Positions 13,758 through 26,338 of a DNA stretch of 64,000 bases are shown here, piece by piece (the stretch's first letter is position 1; each line of letters opens with the position of its first letter). Origin of the DNA: Eledone cirrhosa (taxonomy: Eukaryota). The notes beneath the pieces are model-generated. The model searched no databases. It was not told the DNA's origin and was given only the letters and a program-made list of their open reading frames with translations. A program made the translations under genes and the position numbers. The stretch lies in the NCBI GenBank assembly GCA_964016885.1, contig OZ024754.1, forward strand, positions 24,428,001 to 24,492,000. Direction: 5' to 3'.

Positions 13758-13948
13758 GGTGGAGGATTGGCAGTATCGATAGAGGGTCGGACACCATGCT
13801 TTGCGGCAAAGAGTTACGGCCCTTTATGGTCTGAGTTCAAATCCCGCCGAGGTTAACTTTGCCTTTCATCCTTACGAGGTCGATAAAATAAAGTACCAGT
13901 AATACACTGGGATAATTGCTGGCCTTGTGCCAAAAGTAGAAATAATTA
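13758..13948 (+). mobile_element. SINE family 1
   Basis: Full-length match. Confidence 0.85.
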
Positions 13949-14269
13949 TTACCTTTGAATGGTTTGAAAAATAATAGTTTTGTCTTTCAACTGAATGATT
14001 CAGTCGAACTTTTTATATCCATTATTAAAAATATCTTTTGAACATCTATTTTTATATTTTTTAATTTTTATTGACTTTATTGACTTTATAAACTTTTGTA
14101 ATGCTTATGATATATGTTTATTTACTAATTATGATATATGTCTTGCACTATACTTAACCTTTCTATAGCAACATGTTTTAAAAATTTGTGATGCTTTTAG
14201 CCGCTCCTAATTTTATTTTATTGCATTTATATGCTCATATTTTCCATATGTTTCAACACTTTATTATAT

Positions 14270-14314
14270 GCTCCGATGAATCCGGCTTTGTGCTAGGATG
14301 AAACGATCGTAAGC
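14270..14314 (+). ncRNA. Minimal HHR, CCGATGA core
   Basis: GCT-CCGATGA-ATCC...GGAT-GAAA-CGATCG-TA-AGC. Confidence 0.7.
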
Positions 14315-15564
14315 GATTAAATCTTCCAAACACTCTTTGATTGTTATATATATATATATATAACATCTCTATACATATTCATAAGTACAACACAGTGACA
14401 TAGCTACAACTATACTAACCGTACGAGCTTAATGTCGGTATCTCTTTTACACTGGATGTTCAGAAGAAATCACACTCTCACATTCACACACACTCAGACA
14501 CATTCGTATTCCCCCACCCCCACCCACACACATACGCTTAGAGCCACACACACATTCACTCACTTCCACACATACACACACACACACACATTAACACACA
14601 TGCTGTACCGATTTTCTTGACTGCCTATCTGAGGCACACGTGTGTTCTCAACCAGATGCACTTCACAACGTGATAAATCCCTGGGGGTGAGGATGTAACC
14701 CTCCTCTGTCCTTCACACACACATAAACAAACACACATATTCACACATTCACACATTCACACACATCCTAACATACGCACGCACAAACACATGCCCACAC
14801 TCACACCCTCACACACGCACGCACACACACACACACAACTCCTCACACAAATCCCCACACACACTCTCACAAACATATGACCACACACGTCCACACACAC
14901 ACATGCACACATACACGCACAAACATATGTCCACACACACGCACATACACACGTCCACACACACAAAAACACATTCGCCCAAATCCTAACACACATATGC
15001 ACATACACGAACGCATACACACACGCACACAGACATGCATACACACACATGCCCACACACGCGCATGCCCACACACGTGTTCACACACTCACAGACAGAG
15101 GAACCAAGCCCTTCACCGTTCTTTTAAATGTCGTTCAATTTATTTATCTTACGCTATAGAGAGCCAGGGAACCAGCAATGATGTTCATGCGTTAACTAAG
15201 GAAGGAATAAGAACATCAACGTATACACACACATACCCCCCCTATACACACACAGACGCACACACATGCACACACACAAACACGCGCGCGCGCTCACACA
15301 CACACACACACATACAGAAATTTTAATGTTGGTCAGAGGACATACACATTCAGGGACGATTAGGCAGGGTGTCAGATATGGTATATTTACCAGGAGGTGA
15401 AGGCCAGATTAGAGTGTCAGCTATGGTGTATTCACTAGTGTGCGTGTGTCTAGGTGTGTGAGAGAGTGGGGAGAAAGAAAGAGAGAGAGAGAGAACTTCG
15501 AGACCCGAGGCCTTTGCTACTTAAAATGTGTTATATCCATATTGTATATATATATATATATATA

Positions 15565-15790
15565 TTTATTAAAATAACAGATTAAAGTTTAAGCAAAGAA
15601 TCGCTGCTTTCACCCTTAACGGGATCTTCTGAGTTTTTAGAAGATCCCGTTAAGGGTGAAAGCAGCGATTCTTTGCTTAAACTTTAATCTGTTATTTTAA
15701 TAAATATTTGCTCTACGGTTCTTATATATTTGATATATATTTATCCTTATCGAGCCCTCTTTGGATTTTAGTCTTCAAATTTATTATTAT
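15565..15790. mobile_element. Head-to-head palindromic insertion of the CAGAAGA-HHR family
   Basis: 15565-15631 is the reverse complement of 15638-15704; junction immediately 5' of the cores; flanked by (TA)n. Confidence 0.8.
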
Positions 15791-15850
15791 TACTATATAT
15801 ATATATACAATATGGATATAACACATTTTAAGTAGCAAAGGCCTCTTATA

Positions 15851-15924
<74 letters not shown>

Positions 15925-15929
<5 letters not shown>

Positions 15930-16570
15930 TTTTTTAATTTGTTTTGCAAGATTTCTTATCTACAAACGTGTGTTGAAACAGATATTGTTATACTTTGGGA
16001 GGGTCATGTTGCGAATAAAAACACACGCACTTGTTGATTTTCACTTTATTATACATTTCCGGTTGGTTGGTTGGTTGGATAACAGAGGCAACAAATATAA
16101 ACGAACTCCAACCAAAATTAAACAGAAAACATGAGTGGAATAGCCACATCACAACTAGTAATTAAGGACAAAATGAAGACATACAGACACACACAAAAGC
16201 CAAACTAAAAAAGCAGATAGAACAAACAACCAACTAGTGACAAGTAAATAAACACACAAATAGATAAATAAAAAAACACACTCACACACCCGGATGTAAC
16301 GCATGTGCAAACTAAGACGCATGTGCAAACACAAAAACAAGATGGTGTTGGACAGAACAAAGGAGAGACACACAAAATAAAAACCTAGTCACTGAGGCGG
16401 TCACAGAATGTGTGACGAAAGAGCTTTGACAATAAATAAACAACCGGAAATCTATAATAAATTGATGTGAAAATCAACAGGTGCGTGTGATTTTATTGGC
16501 AACATGACCCTCCCAAAGTATAACAATATCTGTTTCAATACAGATGCGCAACGAAAGAACTTTGTTAGAC
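15925..16570 (+). mobile_element. Solo pLTR of the 48158-49900 PLE family with inverted 5' tail; HHR at 16388-16430 (core mutated)
   Basis: 16100-16540 matches 49450-49900; 15925-16080 is an inverted tail. Confidence 0.8.
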
Positions 16571-16589
16571 TATATATATATATATATAT

Positions 16590-16820
16590 TTATATCTGTA
16601 TTTTTAACCGTTGGTCAGTCAATGATAAACATTGATTGCCAAATAAATTAACTATGGAGATATAAAATAGGCAGAAGCGAAAACCAACCAAACAGTGAGT
16701 GTGTTCTGTTATTATTTCTGGCAATATTATTACAACAATATAACCCTCCCCAAGTATAACAATATTTGTTTCGACACACGATTTCATATAAAAAATCTCG
16801 CAAAACAAATTCATCGCCGT
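16590..16820 (+). mobile_element. pLTR tail of the 57965-59700 PLE family
   Basis: Matches 59525-59700. Confidence 0.75.
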
Positions 16821-16821
16821 C

Positions 16822-16878
<57 letters not shown>

Positions 16879-16991
16879 GTGAGGTTTTTTTAGAAAATGA
16901 AAAATAACCGAGGTGTCCTAAAGAAAAAAAAAAAAATCGAAAATGCAACTGGAGTCTTGTTTTTTTAAAAATATATATATTTATTTGGTTC

Positions 16992-17027
16992 CTTTACCAG
17001 TTTCGCAGTTCTTCTGCTTTTCAAAAG
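16992..17027 (-). ncRNA. Minimal HHR, U3-A8 core variant (left arm)
   Basis: Reverse complement of 17098-17133 with one substitution. Confidence 0.7.
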
Positions 17028-17097
17028 TAGAGTTGAGATGGAGGGTCTGTGGTTTTTCTCATGTGAGAAAAACCACAGACCCTCCATCTCAACTCTA

Positions 17098-17133
17098 CTT
17101 TTGAAAAGCAGAAGAACTGCGAAACCGGTAAAG
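17098..17133 (+). ncRNA. Minimal HHR, U3-A8 core variant
   Basis: CTT-TTGAAAA-GCAG aagaa CTGC-GAAA-CCGG-TA-AAG. Confidence 0.8.
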
Positions 17134-17202
17134 GAACCAAATAAATATATATATTTTAAAAAAAATAAGACTCCAGTTGCATTTTCGATTTCATCTTTTT
17201 TT

Positions 17203-17287
<85 letters not shown>

Positions 17288-17440
17288 TGTATATATAATG
17301 TGTGTGTGTGTATGTGTGTGTATGTGTGCTTGTGTTTACAAACGTGCCTTAGCAAAAAGAGGTCGATAAAATAAGTACTTGGCTTGAAAAATAACTTTTT
17401 GGGGGCTGATATGATCGACTAAAATTCCCTTACGGTAATG

Positions 17441-17480
<40 letters not shown>

Positions 17481-18131
17481 AGAAAGAGAGAGAAGGGGAG
17501 ATAATAAGAGAGGGAGAGAGAGAGGGGGAAGAATGAGGTAAAGGTAGTGAATGAAAAATATAAAACTGTGGGTGGGTTGGACAATAACAATATCTAGGGT
17601 GATTTGATAATCAAACACACACATATATACCGACACACATACAGACATACAGACACATACACATATACAGACACACACACATATACAGACACACACATAT
17701 ACAGACACACACATATACACATACAGACACACACACACAGACACGTTCACAGAAAGACACACATTTCCATAGACATGACCGTGTGCTCACAGCTGGTTTT
17801 CACTACTAACTTCCTCAGTGTGTGTGGGGGGTGTGCGAGTGTGTGTGCGCGTGTGTGAGTGTGTGTGTGTGTGGGAGTGTGTGTGTGTAGGTGTGTAGGT
17901 GTTGTACTTATATAACATGTGTGTGTTTTGATGTAATTGGGTGTATATGTAATGTGTGAGTGTGTGAATGTGTGTGTGTGGGGGGGGGGTGTAGGTGTGT
18001 AGGTGTTGTACTTATATAACATGTGTGTGTGTGTTTTGATGTAATTGGGTGTATATGTAATGTGTGAGTGTGTGAATGTGTGTGTGTGTGTGGGGGGGGG
18101 GGGGTAGGTGTGTAGGTGTTGTACTTATATA

Positions 18132-18166
<35 letters not shown>

Positions 18167-18589
18167 GATGTAAGTGTGTGTATATGTAATGTCTGAGTGT
18201 GTGAATGTGTGTTTGTGTAGATGTTGTAGATGGACATATATGACATATTTGTGTGTTTGTGTGTGTGTGTTTTGATGTAATTGGGTGTATATGTGTGTGT
18301 GTGTGTGGAAGTGTATAGATGTAGTTGTTGTTGGACATATATAATACTTGTATGTGTTTGTGTGCTGATGTTATTGTGTGTTTGGAGTAGGTGTTATCTG
18401 TGATCGTACATGACACGATATGTGTATGTGTCTGTTGGTGTGATTGTGCGTATATGGCATGCGTGTGTGTGCCTGTATGTGGGTGGGTGTCTGGATTAAA
18501 CTCTATGTAGACATACGTATGTTTGCTCTCTCTCTCTTCCACTCGCTTCCTTATTACAAATATATATATACATACACACATATACATAT

Positions 18590-19360
18590 AACAACAACCC
18601 GGCCCTCGCGGCGGCCGCCACGCCCGCTGAAGGCGATACAATCCAACGCTGGGAGGGAACGAGTGACGGAGGGGAGACCACCGTACCGGCGAAACAACAC
18701 CCTGAGAATCGGGAGAGGGCCCTAGCAGATCAAGGGCCAGGCGTCCGAAATGAACAAAATAACGACAGAACATGTAACTGCAGAGCGGGAACCCAGTGCC
18801 CCCTGCAGGGAAGATGCCTAACGAAGGGCCTGGTATATAAATGTGTGGTTAGCACGCACAATATAAAGCGCACCTACATCGGCGCAACATCCACGACCTT
18901 TAAATCGCGGATGTATAACCACACGAACTCTTTCATAGACCGCAGTAAGAGGCACTCTACTATGCTAGCGGACCTGGTGTGGGACTTGAAAGACAAGGTT
19001 ACCCTGTACGCCCTTGACTGGAGTATCGTTCGGCACGCGAATGCATACTCGGCTGTAAGTAGAAAGTGTAGCATATGCCTATACGAGGCCATGGAATAGT
19101 CAGACTGAAGGATGATGCGGTCAACCTGAAATCGGAAATAATCATGAAGTGCAGACACCAGAGAAAGTGCACACTCTCCGCATGGAATCCACCGGGAATT
19201 CCAGGCTAAAGGCATGCTGCAGAGCGCACGCCGACCAGAGCGGCGAAACGGGTTCAAGGGATCAGACAACATACCCTGATGACAGTATATGCCCCGTGGG
19301 GTAAACCAAAATAACCCAAGATGCATACCCGACTCTGCACGTCACCTTAAGCAAGACCTT
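18590..19360 (+). mobile_element. GC-rich Penelope-like GIY-YIG 3' fragment
   Basis: CNCRAGTQCPLQGRC..GLVYKC..TYIGATSTTFKSRMYNH..CSICLYE..KCRH. Confidence 0.85.
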
Positions 19361-19699
19361 CGCCTGTCCGGGACGGTTGACCCGGATTCCATAGCTGGTG
19401 GTGGTGGTGGTGGTGGTGCTAGGGGTGATGCTGGTGGTGGTGCTGGTGGTGGTGTTGGTGCTGGTACTGGTGGTGTTGGTGGTGGTGATGCTGGTGCTGG
19501 GGTGTTCGTTGTCTCAGAAAGACAGATGTGTCTTAATTCGATTTTGAAAATATTTTCTAAAGAATGCATGGACAGCATTTAGAAATGAGAGAGATAATTA
19601 GACTGAATACCCAGAGAAAACCTTGTCCGTCACCAGTAATTGCTGAACATGTGTATACATAGGGTTGCTTGAAAGAAACTCCCTATTTAAAATTATATT

Positions 19700-20140
19700 G
19701 ATTATTGGTCGATTTTCATAAAACATTTTATTTTGAACAGTATAATGGTCTTCATCAGAAACTCAGGCGGTATGTTGGTCAGTTCATGCCGAATGCGTTC
19801 CTCCAATTGAGTCAGTGTTTAAGGTTATAAGCTATAAATTTCTTCCTTCGTCCCCACAGGAAGTCAGGGCTTCTTGCTGGCCATACATGTGGGACCCGAT
19901 GACCCAAATAACATCCTGGAAATTGGACATCAAGCTGCTTGTGGACAGTGCGTGCATGAATATGAGGTCATTGATGTTGTCCCAACTGGTGATATTAACA
20001 AAAATTGTAAATAATTTCAATAGGAACCTTCTTTCCACCCACCCTGTATATGTAGCTAAATACATATAGCATACACATGGCAAGAGTTCCTCCAATTTTG
20101 GTCCATTGAAATAGAACCAACTGTATCGGACATTATTAAT
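19700..20140 (-). mobile_element. Highly decayed RT-like (probably PLE) fragment
   Basis: WFYFNG..., YLATYTGWVE..., INDLIF resemble PLE RT motifs 4-5; weak. Confidence 0.3.
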
Positions 20141-20144
20141 GAAA

Positions 20145-20328
20145 TTGGCAGTATCGGTAGAGGATCGGACGCCATGCTTTGCAGCAAAGAGTTACGGCCC
20201 TTTATGGTCTGAGTTCAAATCCCGCCGAGGTTAACTTTGCCTTTCATCCTTACGGGGGTCGATAAAATAAAGTAGCAGTAATACACTGGGATAATTACTG
20301 GCCTTGTGCCAAAAGTAGAAACAATTAT
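20145..20328 (+). mobile_element. SINE family 1
   Basis: Match to the family consensus. Confidence 0.85.
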
Positions 20329-20497
20329 TAATGTAATCATATGTTGAGAGTGGAGGATGGAAGTACCAAATATGCTGAAATACCAAGTCCGGTCGGACAC
20401 ACTTGCATCGCCTGGGTTGATCGAAAAAATGTCTTTTTTAAAATCTTTTCTGGGCGCTTTCATTGAAAACAAACCCATACACACACATGCACATACT

Positions 20498-20553
<56 letters not shown>

Positions 20554-20989
20554 TTGTATTAAGGCCAATTATTATAAAGTACCAGTAATGCACTGGGTAA
20601 TTGCTGGCCTTGTGCCAAAAGTAGAAACAATTATATTATATTATATTATATTATATTATATTGTATTATAATATTATATTATATTATATTATATTATATT
20701 ATATTAATATACTAAACACTTAAAATATAGGTGCGTGTCGAACATGTTTAAAGGTTGTACTGAAAGGAATGAGAAAAGCTGAGTACGGTCACTCAGCCTG
20801 CTAGAAATAGTAAAGAAATAGCCTACAAATCAAACATTGATACACTAAATTCTATGGGAGAACTTTGATTAAATATCGACTGAATTTCAACTGTCCTCGG
20901 TTGAAGCAACTACAGCAACAAACGTCAGTATACCCTCACATATACACAAAACATACAACACAAACATATATTATACATACATGTGTTGT

Positions 20990-21300
20990 GCAGTTATTGT
21001 TGGAATCTCGAGCGTTCCAATGACGAGTTTTCCATTTGGTTGATCGACGGAACAGTCTGCTCGTGAAATTAACGAGCAAGTGACTGAGCATTCCACAAAC
21101 ACGTGTACTTTATCGTAGTTTTATTGGAGATTCAACGTAACGTAACACAGTATGTGACAATGGATGTCTTATTAGATTACAGGCTCAACTAAATATTTTT
21201 TTCCATCGGAGTGGAATGGATCAATGTGAAATAAAGTGTTTTGATCAAGGATACAACGTGCGGCCGAACACCTTAACCATCGAAACGCGCGACTTTACAC
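20990..21300 (-). mobile_element. tRNA-derived SINE family 2 (diverged)
   Basis: gtgaaataaagtgttttgatcaaggatacaac core shared with 22225-22370. Confidence 0.6.
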
Positions 21301-21330
21301 ATAAAATGTAATCAATATTCACATAGTATA

Positions 21331-21800
21331 CGGCGGTGGATTAGCAGTAATCAGTAGAGCGTCGAACAACATGCTCTATGGCATAGGGTTACGCCCATTT
21401 TACGATCTGAGTTCAAATTTTGCCGAGGTTCGCTTTGCCTTTCATCCTTACAGAGTTGATAAAACAAAGTAACAATAATGCACTGGGGTCGATTTAATCG
21501 ACTTTCTCCTCCCCGTACTTTTTAGGTCTTGTGCCTATATCAGAAACCAATATTTAAATAGCATAGTCATAGGACGGGTGATTGGCAGAATCGTTAGAGC
21601 GTCGGATACAATACCTTGCAATATTTGTTACGGCCTTTTGCGGCCTGGTTTAAATCCTGCTGAGAACTTCACTTTTCATTATTCTGGAGATCAATAAAAT
21701 AACATGCCAGTCAAAGTATTGAACTAATTTAATCGACTTTCATCAACACCACCATCCTCCCCGCATCACATTGCTGGCCTTGTTCCTAGACCAGATAGCA
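21331..21800 (+). mobile_element. Two tandem diverged SINE family 1 copies
   Basis: Heads at 21331 and 21575; ctttcatc...gataaaa cores. Confidence 0.7.
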
Positions 21801-22107
21801 ATTATTTAATTAGAATATCTGTTTCCGGTTTCAGTATGTTATATTACTGTCACTGTATACAAGGAAGATAGAGACATGCCTACTACACTAAGTTACACAG
21901 TTTATGATTATCATTGGTGGTGTGTGTGCTGTTGACGTTCTTAACAAAATTACGATACTAACTTCAGCTAGGGCTGTTTAAGCTGGGTTACTGTTGTGCA
22001 CGACTGGAGATTTACGCTGTTCTAGATGTAAACATATGTAATATATATGCTGTAATTATTTAATACATGTGTAATATATATTTAATATGTAAGTAATATA
22101 TTAATAG

Positions 22108-22166
<59 letters not shown>

Positions 22167-22180
22167 ATATATATATATGT

Positions 22181-22216
<36 letters not shown>

Positions 22217-22224
22217 GTGTGTGT

Positions 22225-22370
22225 GAGGCGCATGGCTTAGTGGTTAGAGCATTGGCCTTGCAATCGAAAGGTTGTGAGTTCAATTCTCGGACCGGGTGAT
22301 GTGTTGTTTCCTTGAGTAAGACACTTTATTTCACGTTGCTCCAGTTTACTCAGCTGTAGAAATGAGATGA
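22225..22370 (+). mobile_element. tRNA-derived SINE family 2
   Basis: A box tggcttagtgg, B box gagttcaattc, core ccttgagtaagacactttatttcacgttgctccag. Confidence 0.8.
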
Positions 22371-22489
22371 TAGGAATGGGGTCCCTATCATTAAATTACC
22401 CAAGACACGTCCAACGAGATATACCTTGGAGGAGGCCAGCTAAACCTGCATAGGTGTGAGCTATCACCTTACACCTATATATATATATA

Positions 22490-22690
22490 TAAAACAGGAA
22501 CACTGGACAAACTTTCGGGGCAAACCCAACCAGCAGGAGACCCAGGGGTAGCCCACGAGCAAGATGGTTGGATAACATCCATGATATCGGCTGGTCTCGC
22601 TTACGGATCCAGCCGGATCAATTGAAAACGGTCGTTTTGTAAGTAGGGTTTGAGGACAATCCCGCCAGGAATATGTGCGGGGAGAAGAAT
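22490..22690 (+). mobile_element. RTE-clade LINE 3' fragment
   Basis: Translates to PTSRRPRGSPRARWLDNIHDIGWSRLRIQP. Confidence 0.6.
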
Positions 22691-22754
22691 ACACATACAC
22701 ATATATATATATATATACACACACACATACACATATATATATATATATATATAT

Positions 22755-23020
22755 AAAACAAAGGAATTGTGTTAAGGAACCAGATGGACCATAACGCTCC
22801 AGAGTACTCAATACTTAGGGTAGTAGAGTGGGAAATAGGAAAAAGTATGACCCCGACGGCAGAGCTCAAGCCGTTTCGACGATTATTTCTGGACTAAATT
22901 AGAATTATTAACCTGGCAAAAAATTTTTAGTCAGGCAAAAAAAAAGAAAATTCTAATTTAGTCCAAAAATAGCCATCGAAACGGCTTGAGCTCTACCGTC
23001 GGGGTCATACTTTTTCCTAT
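22755..23020. mobile_element. Inverted pair of a pLTR-like family with the 3' half of an HHR
   Basis: GTC-GAAA-CGGC..GCCG-TC-GGGG in both arms; same family at 45601-45797, 46225-46390, 57818-57940. Confidence 0.7.
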
Positions 23021-23026
23021 ATATAT

Positions 23027-23069
<43 letters not shown>

Positions 23070-23252
23070 TATATATATGCATATATATTTATTTATGTTC
23101 ATACACGCTTTTGTTCCGTGTATAAACAAGAATGAATAATATATTTCTACTCTCTTCCCGATCGAGCAGCTTTCCTTTTTTCCTTATCACACCTACAGAT
23201 AATTGCTACACACACACACACACCTACATACACACACACATACAATATATAT

Positions 23253-23445
23253 TACTTATGTAATATATATGTAAGGATATATTATATACACACATATATA
23301 TAGTACTTATGTAATATATATGTAAGGATATGTTATATACACACATATATATAGTACTTATGTAATATATATGTAAGGATATGTTATATACACACATATA
23401 TATAGTACTTATGTAATATATATGTAAAGATATGTTATATACATA
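23253..23445. repeat. 51-bp minisatellite, ~3.7 copies
   Basis: tacttatgtaatatatatgtaaggatatgttatatacacacatatatatag unit. Confidence 0.9.
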
Positions 23446-23547
23446 TTGCAATAATGTAAGACATAAAATATATTTACTATATACAGGTAGTAATTATGCA
23501 ACAAATATGTAAGATATATGAAATATATATGTAGTAATTATGTAATA

Positions 23548-23730
23548 ATTGTTTCTACTATTTGCACAAGGCCAGCAATTACCCAGTGTATTACTGGTAC
23601 TTTATTTTATCGACCCCGTAAGGATGAAAGGCAAAGTTAACCTCGGCGGGATTTGAACTGAGAATGGCAAGGGCCATAACTCTATGCGTCAAAACATGGC
23701 GTCCGACCCTCTACCGATACCGCCAATCCA
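23548..23730 (-). mobile_element. SINE family 1
   Basis: Match to the family consensus. Confidence 0.85.
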
Positions 23731-23732
23731 TG

Positions 23733-23920
23733 TAATAATAACATTCGATTCGTTTGCAATTATGCAAACAAGCCTCAATTTTATAGCCATGCCAGTAGAA
23801 TGGACTCTTCATTCTTTCTCTTGTGTTGACATGCAAGAGCAAGAATGAAGTGTTCATTCTACTGACTATAAAATTGAGGCTTGTTTGTATAATTGCAAAC
23901 GAATCGAATGTTATTACTAA
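23733..23920. repeat. Inverted repeat (~90-bp arms)
   Basis: aacattcgattcgtttgcaatt... / ...aattgcaaacgaatcgaatgtt. Confidence 0.85.
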
Positions 23921-23982
23921 TATTCAAAAAACTCAGATTACATTTATTGTACTCAGCCATGTAGAGCGAAATTTCCTTTTTA

Positions 23983-24038
<56 letters not shown>

Positions 24039-24294
24039 ATAATGATAAATTTGAAGACTAAAATCCAAAGAGGCCTCGATAAGGATAAATATATATCAAA
24101 TATATAAGAACCGTAGAGCAAATATTTATTAAAATAACAGATATATATATATATATTTAAATATATATATTTAAATATATATATATTTAAATTCATACAT
24201 ACATATATACATACATATATACATACATAAAAACACACACATATATATATATACATAATATATATATGCATATATATATGTTTATATATATATT

Positions 24295-24326
<32 letters not shown>

Positions 24327-24336
24327 AATATATGTG

Positions 24337-24448
<112 letters not shown>

Positions 24449-24464
24449 TGTGTATATAGGTGTG

Positions 24465-24502
<38 letters not shown>

Positions 24503-24548
24503 TTTATATATATATATTTATCATCAAGGACGCTCTATCTCAAAAGTA

Positions 24549-24584
24549 TTTTTGAAAAGCATTAGAAATGCGCAACCGGTAAAA
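24549..24584 (+). ncRNA. Minimal HHR, U3-A8 variant (GAAA mutated to GCAA)
   Basis: TTT-TTGAAAA-GCAT tagaa ATGC-GCAA-CCGG-TA-AAA. Confidence 0.55.
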
Positions 24585-24713
24585 CTTAAAACTAAAACTG
24601 AATACTAACCAATACTATTACTAATTCTCACTTATTCCTAATTAAACTATTTTTCACTGTGAACAATTTGTCAGCATTTTATTTTCCGTTTACCAATATA
24701 TATATATATGTGT

Positions 24714-24846
24714 GTGAATGAAAAATAGAGCGAGAAACGGGACTGTCCATCATCAGTGTTCTTCTGACTATCATCGGTATTTCTTCGCATAGTCAGAAGA
24801 TCACTGATGATAGACAGTCCCGTTTCTCGCTCTATTTTTCATTCAT
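24714..24846. repeat. Inverted repeat (~57-bp arms)
   Basis: tgaatgaaaaatagagcgagaaacgggactgtc... and its reverse complement. Confidence 0.85.
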
Positions 24847-24886
24847 AAATATATCACACTCGCAACAACGCAGCACACCATTTTTT

Positions 24887-24974
<88 letters not shown>

Positions 24975-25190
24975 GGACGATCGACTTTTTTGTCAAATCG
25001 GACCGAAGGAACAATGTTTCCGTTGGTCTTTCCAATTGCTAATACTATCTATCGGTCGCAACTCCAGGTAGAAGGAGCAACGTGAAATAAAGTGTCTTGC
25101 TCAAGGACATAACGCATCGCCTGGTCCAGGAATCGAACTCACAACCTTACGATTGCGAATACAATTCTCTAACCACTCAGCCACACGCCT
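24975..25190 (-). mobile_element. SINE family 2
   Basis: ggagcaacgtgaaataaagtgtcttgctcaagg...ctaaccactcagccacacgcc. Confidence 0.75.
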
Positions 25191-25256
25191 TATATATATA
25201 TATATATATGCATGTATAAATGTAGTATATACATATAAAATATATATATTCATAGA

Positions 25257-25366
<110 letters not shown>

Positions 25367-25413
25367 GTTACTGTAGGTTCACCAGAGTGAGCACTTTTTA
25401 CTTACCACAACAG

Positions 25414-25489
25414 AGTTCCGACGAGCTTTTGATTCCAGTGTCGGGCTAGATCGAACCTTGAGGTGATCAATAACGAAACGCGCGTCACT
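25414..25489 (+). ncRNA. HHR with CCGACGA core and long stem II
   Basis: AGT-t-CCGACGA-GCTTTTGAT...ATCAATAAC-GAAA-CGCGCG-TC-ACT; partial paralog 33940-34030 (-). Confidence 0.6.
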
Positions 25490-25537
25490 ACTCAATAGAC
25501 GTATTGAAGACATAACAAATCGTCCTTTTATGATTAC

Positions 25538-25601
<64 letters not shown>

Positions 25602-25602
25602 T

Positions 25603-26338
25603 GAGTCTACCGAGGAGCCTTGCCAGTTCGGGATAAACTCTACAGGCATGGAGGTGCCGTCAGCCGGGCATGTCCGAGATGCGCGCAGGGCGACGAAACC
25701 GTCCTGCACGCACTCGTCCAGTGTCCGAAAATTGCTGACTTGTGGGTTTATATCGAACACCTGCTGTCGCGTTTAGGGCGGATCCGGCTATCATCTGAGT
25801 CCATCGTGAGGATTGCCCCGCCCTCCTCCTTTAGCCGGGAAGGGCAGGCAGTTTTTATCTGTCTGGTGGCCATGGCGAAAGAGATAGTATGGTGGACACG
25901 TTTGAAAGGGCTGAAGACGAGCACTTACCTCTTCGGTGATGCTCTGATTGACTTTTTCAAATTTCATTTGAAAAGGAAAATCAGAGTAGAGAGGGAAGTG
26001 CTCTCTTCCCAGCATTTTGTTGAAAGATGGGTGAGAGAAGCAAGAATGGCCCGAGTGAATGGGCCTACTCTGAGTATATATCTGTAAATTAAAGGTGGAA
26101 AACTGGGAGAGGGAACTTGCCTTGGTGGTCAGGGTCATTGTGACCTTTTACTGGGCTTTCTCCACAAATGTCCCTCCGAAGTCTCCCCCGCTATTGGGGA
26201 ATTTTTCATTGTTATTTTTTGTTACATCCTCTGTTTTTGTTTTTTACACGCAGAAATGCCCATTTGTACCGTCCTGTATTGTCCTGCACTGTCCTTAATG
26301 TCTACTTTATGTAAACCCTTGTGGTTAATAAAGAAATC
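25603..26338 (+). mobile_element. Tx1/L1-clade LINE 3' end (zf-RVT domain plus 3' UTR)
   Basis: LPVRDKL..CPRCAQGDETVLHALVQCP; AATAAA near 26327; sits in (TTA)n. Confidence 0.85.

Larger units (their letters stand above)
16933..17192. repeat. Near-perfect ~260-bp palindrome carrying two HHRs
   Basis: Centre about 17062 (ttctcatgtgagaa); arms ~128 bp. Confidence 0.9.

Noticed and set aside
19225-19345. GAAAC and CTGATGA downstream of the GIY-YIG fragment as an HHR
   Set aside because: Could not build consistent stems I-III by eye
22225-22300. tRNA gene
   Set aside because: tRNA-like head continues into a SINE core; no complete cloverleaf
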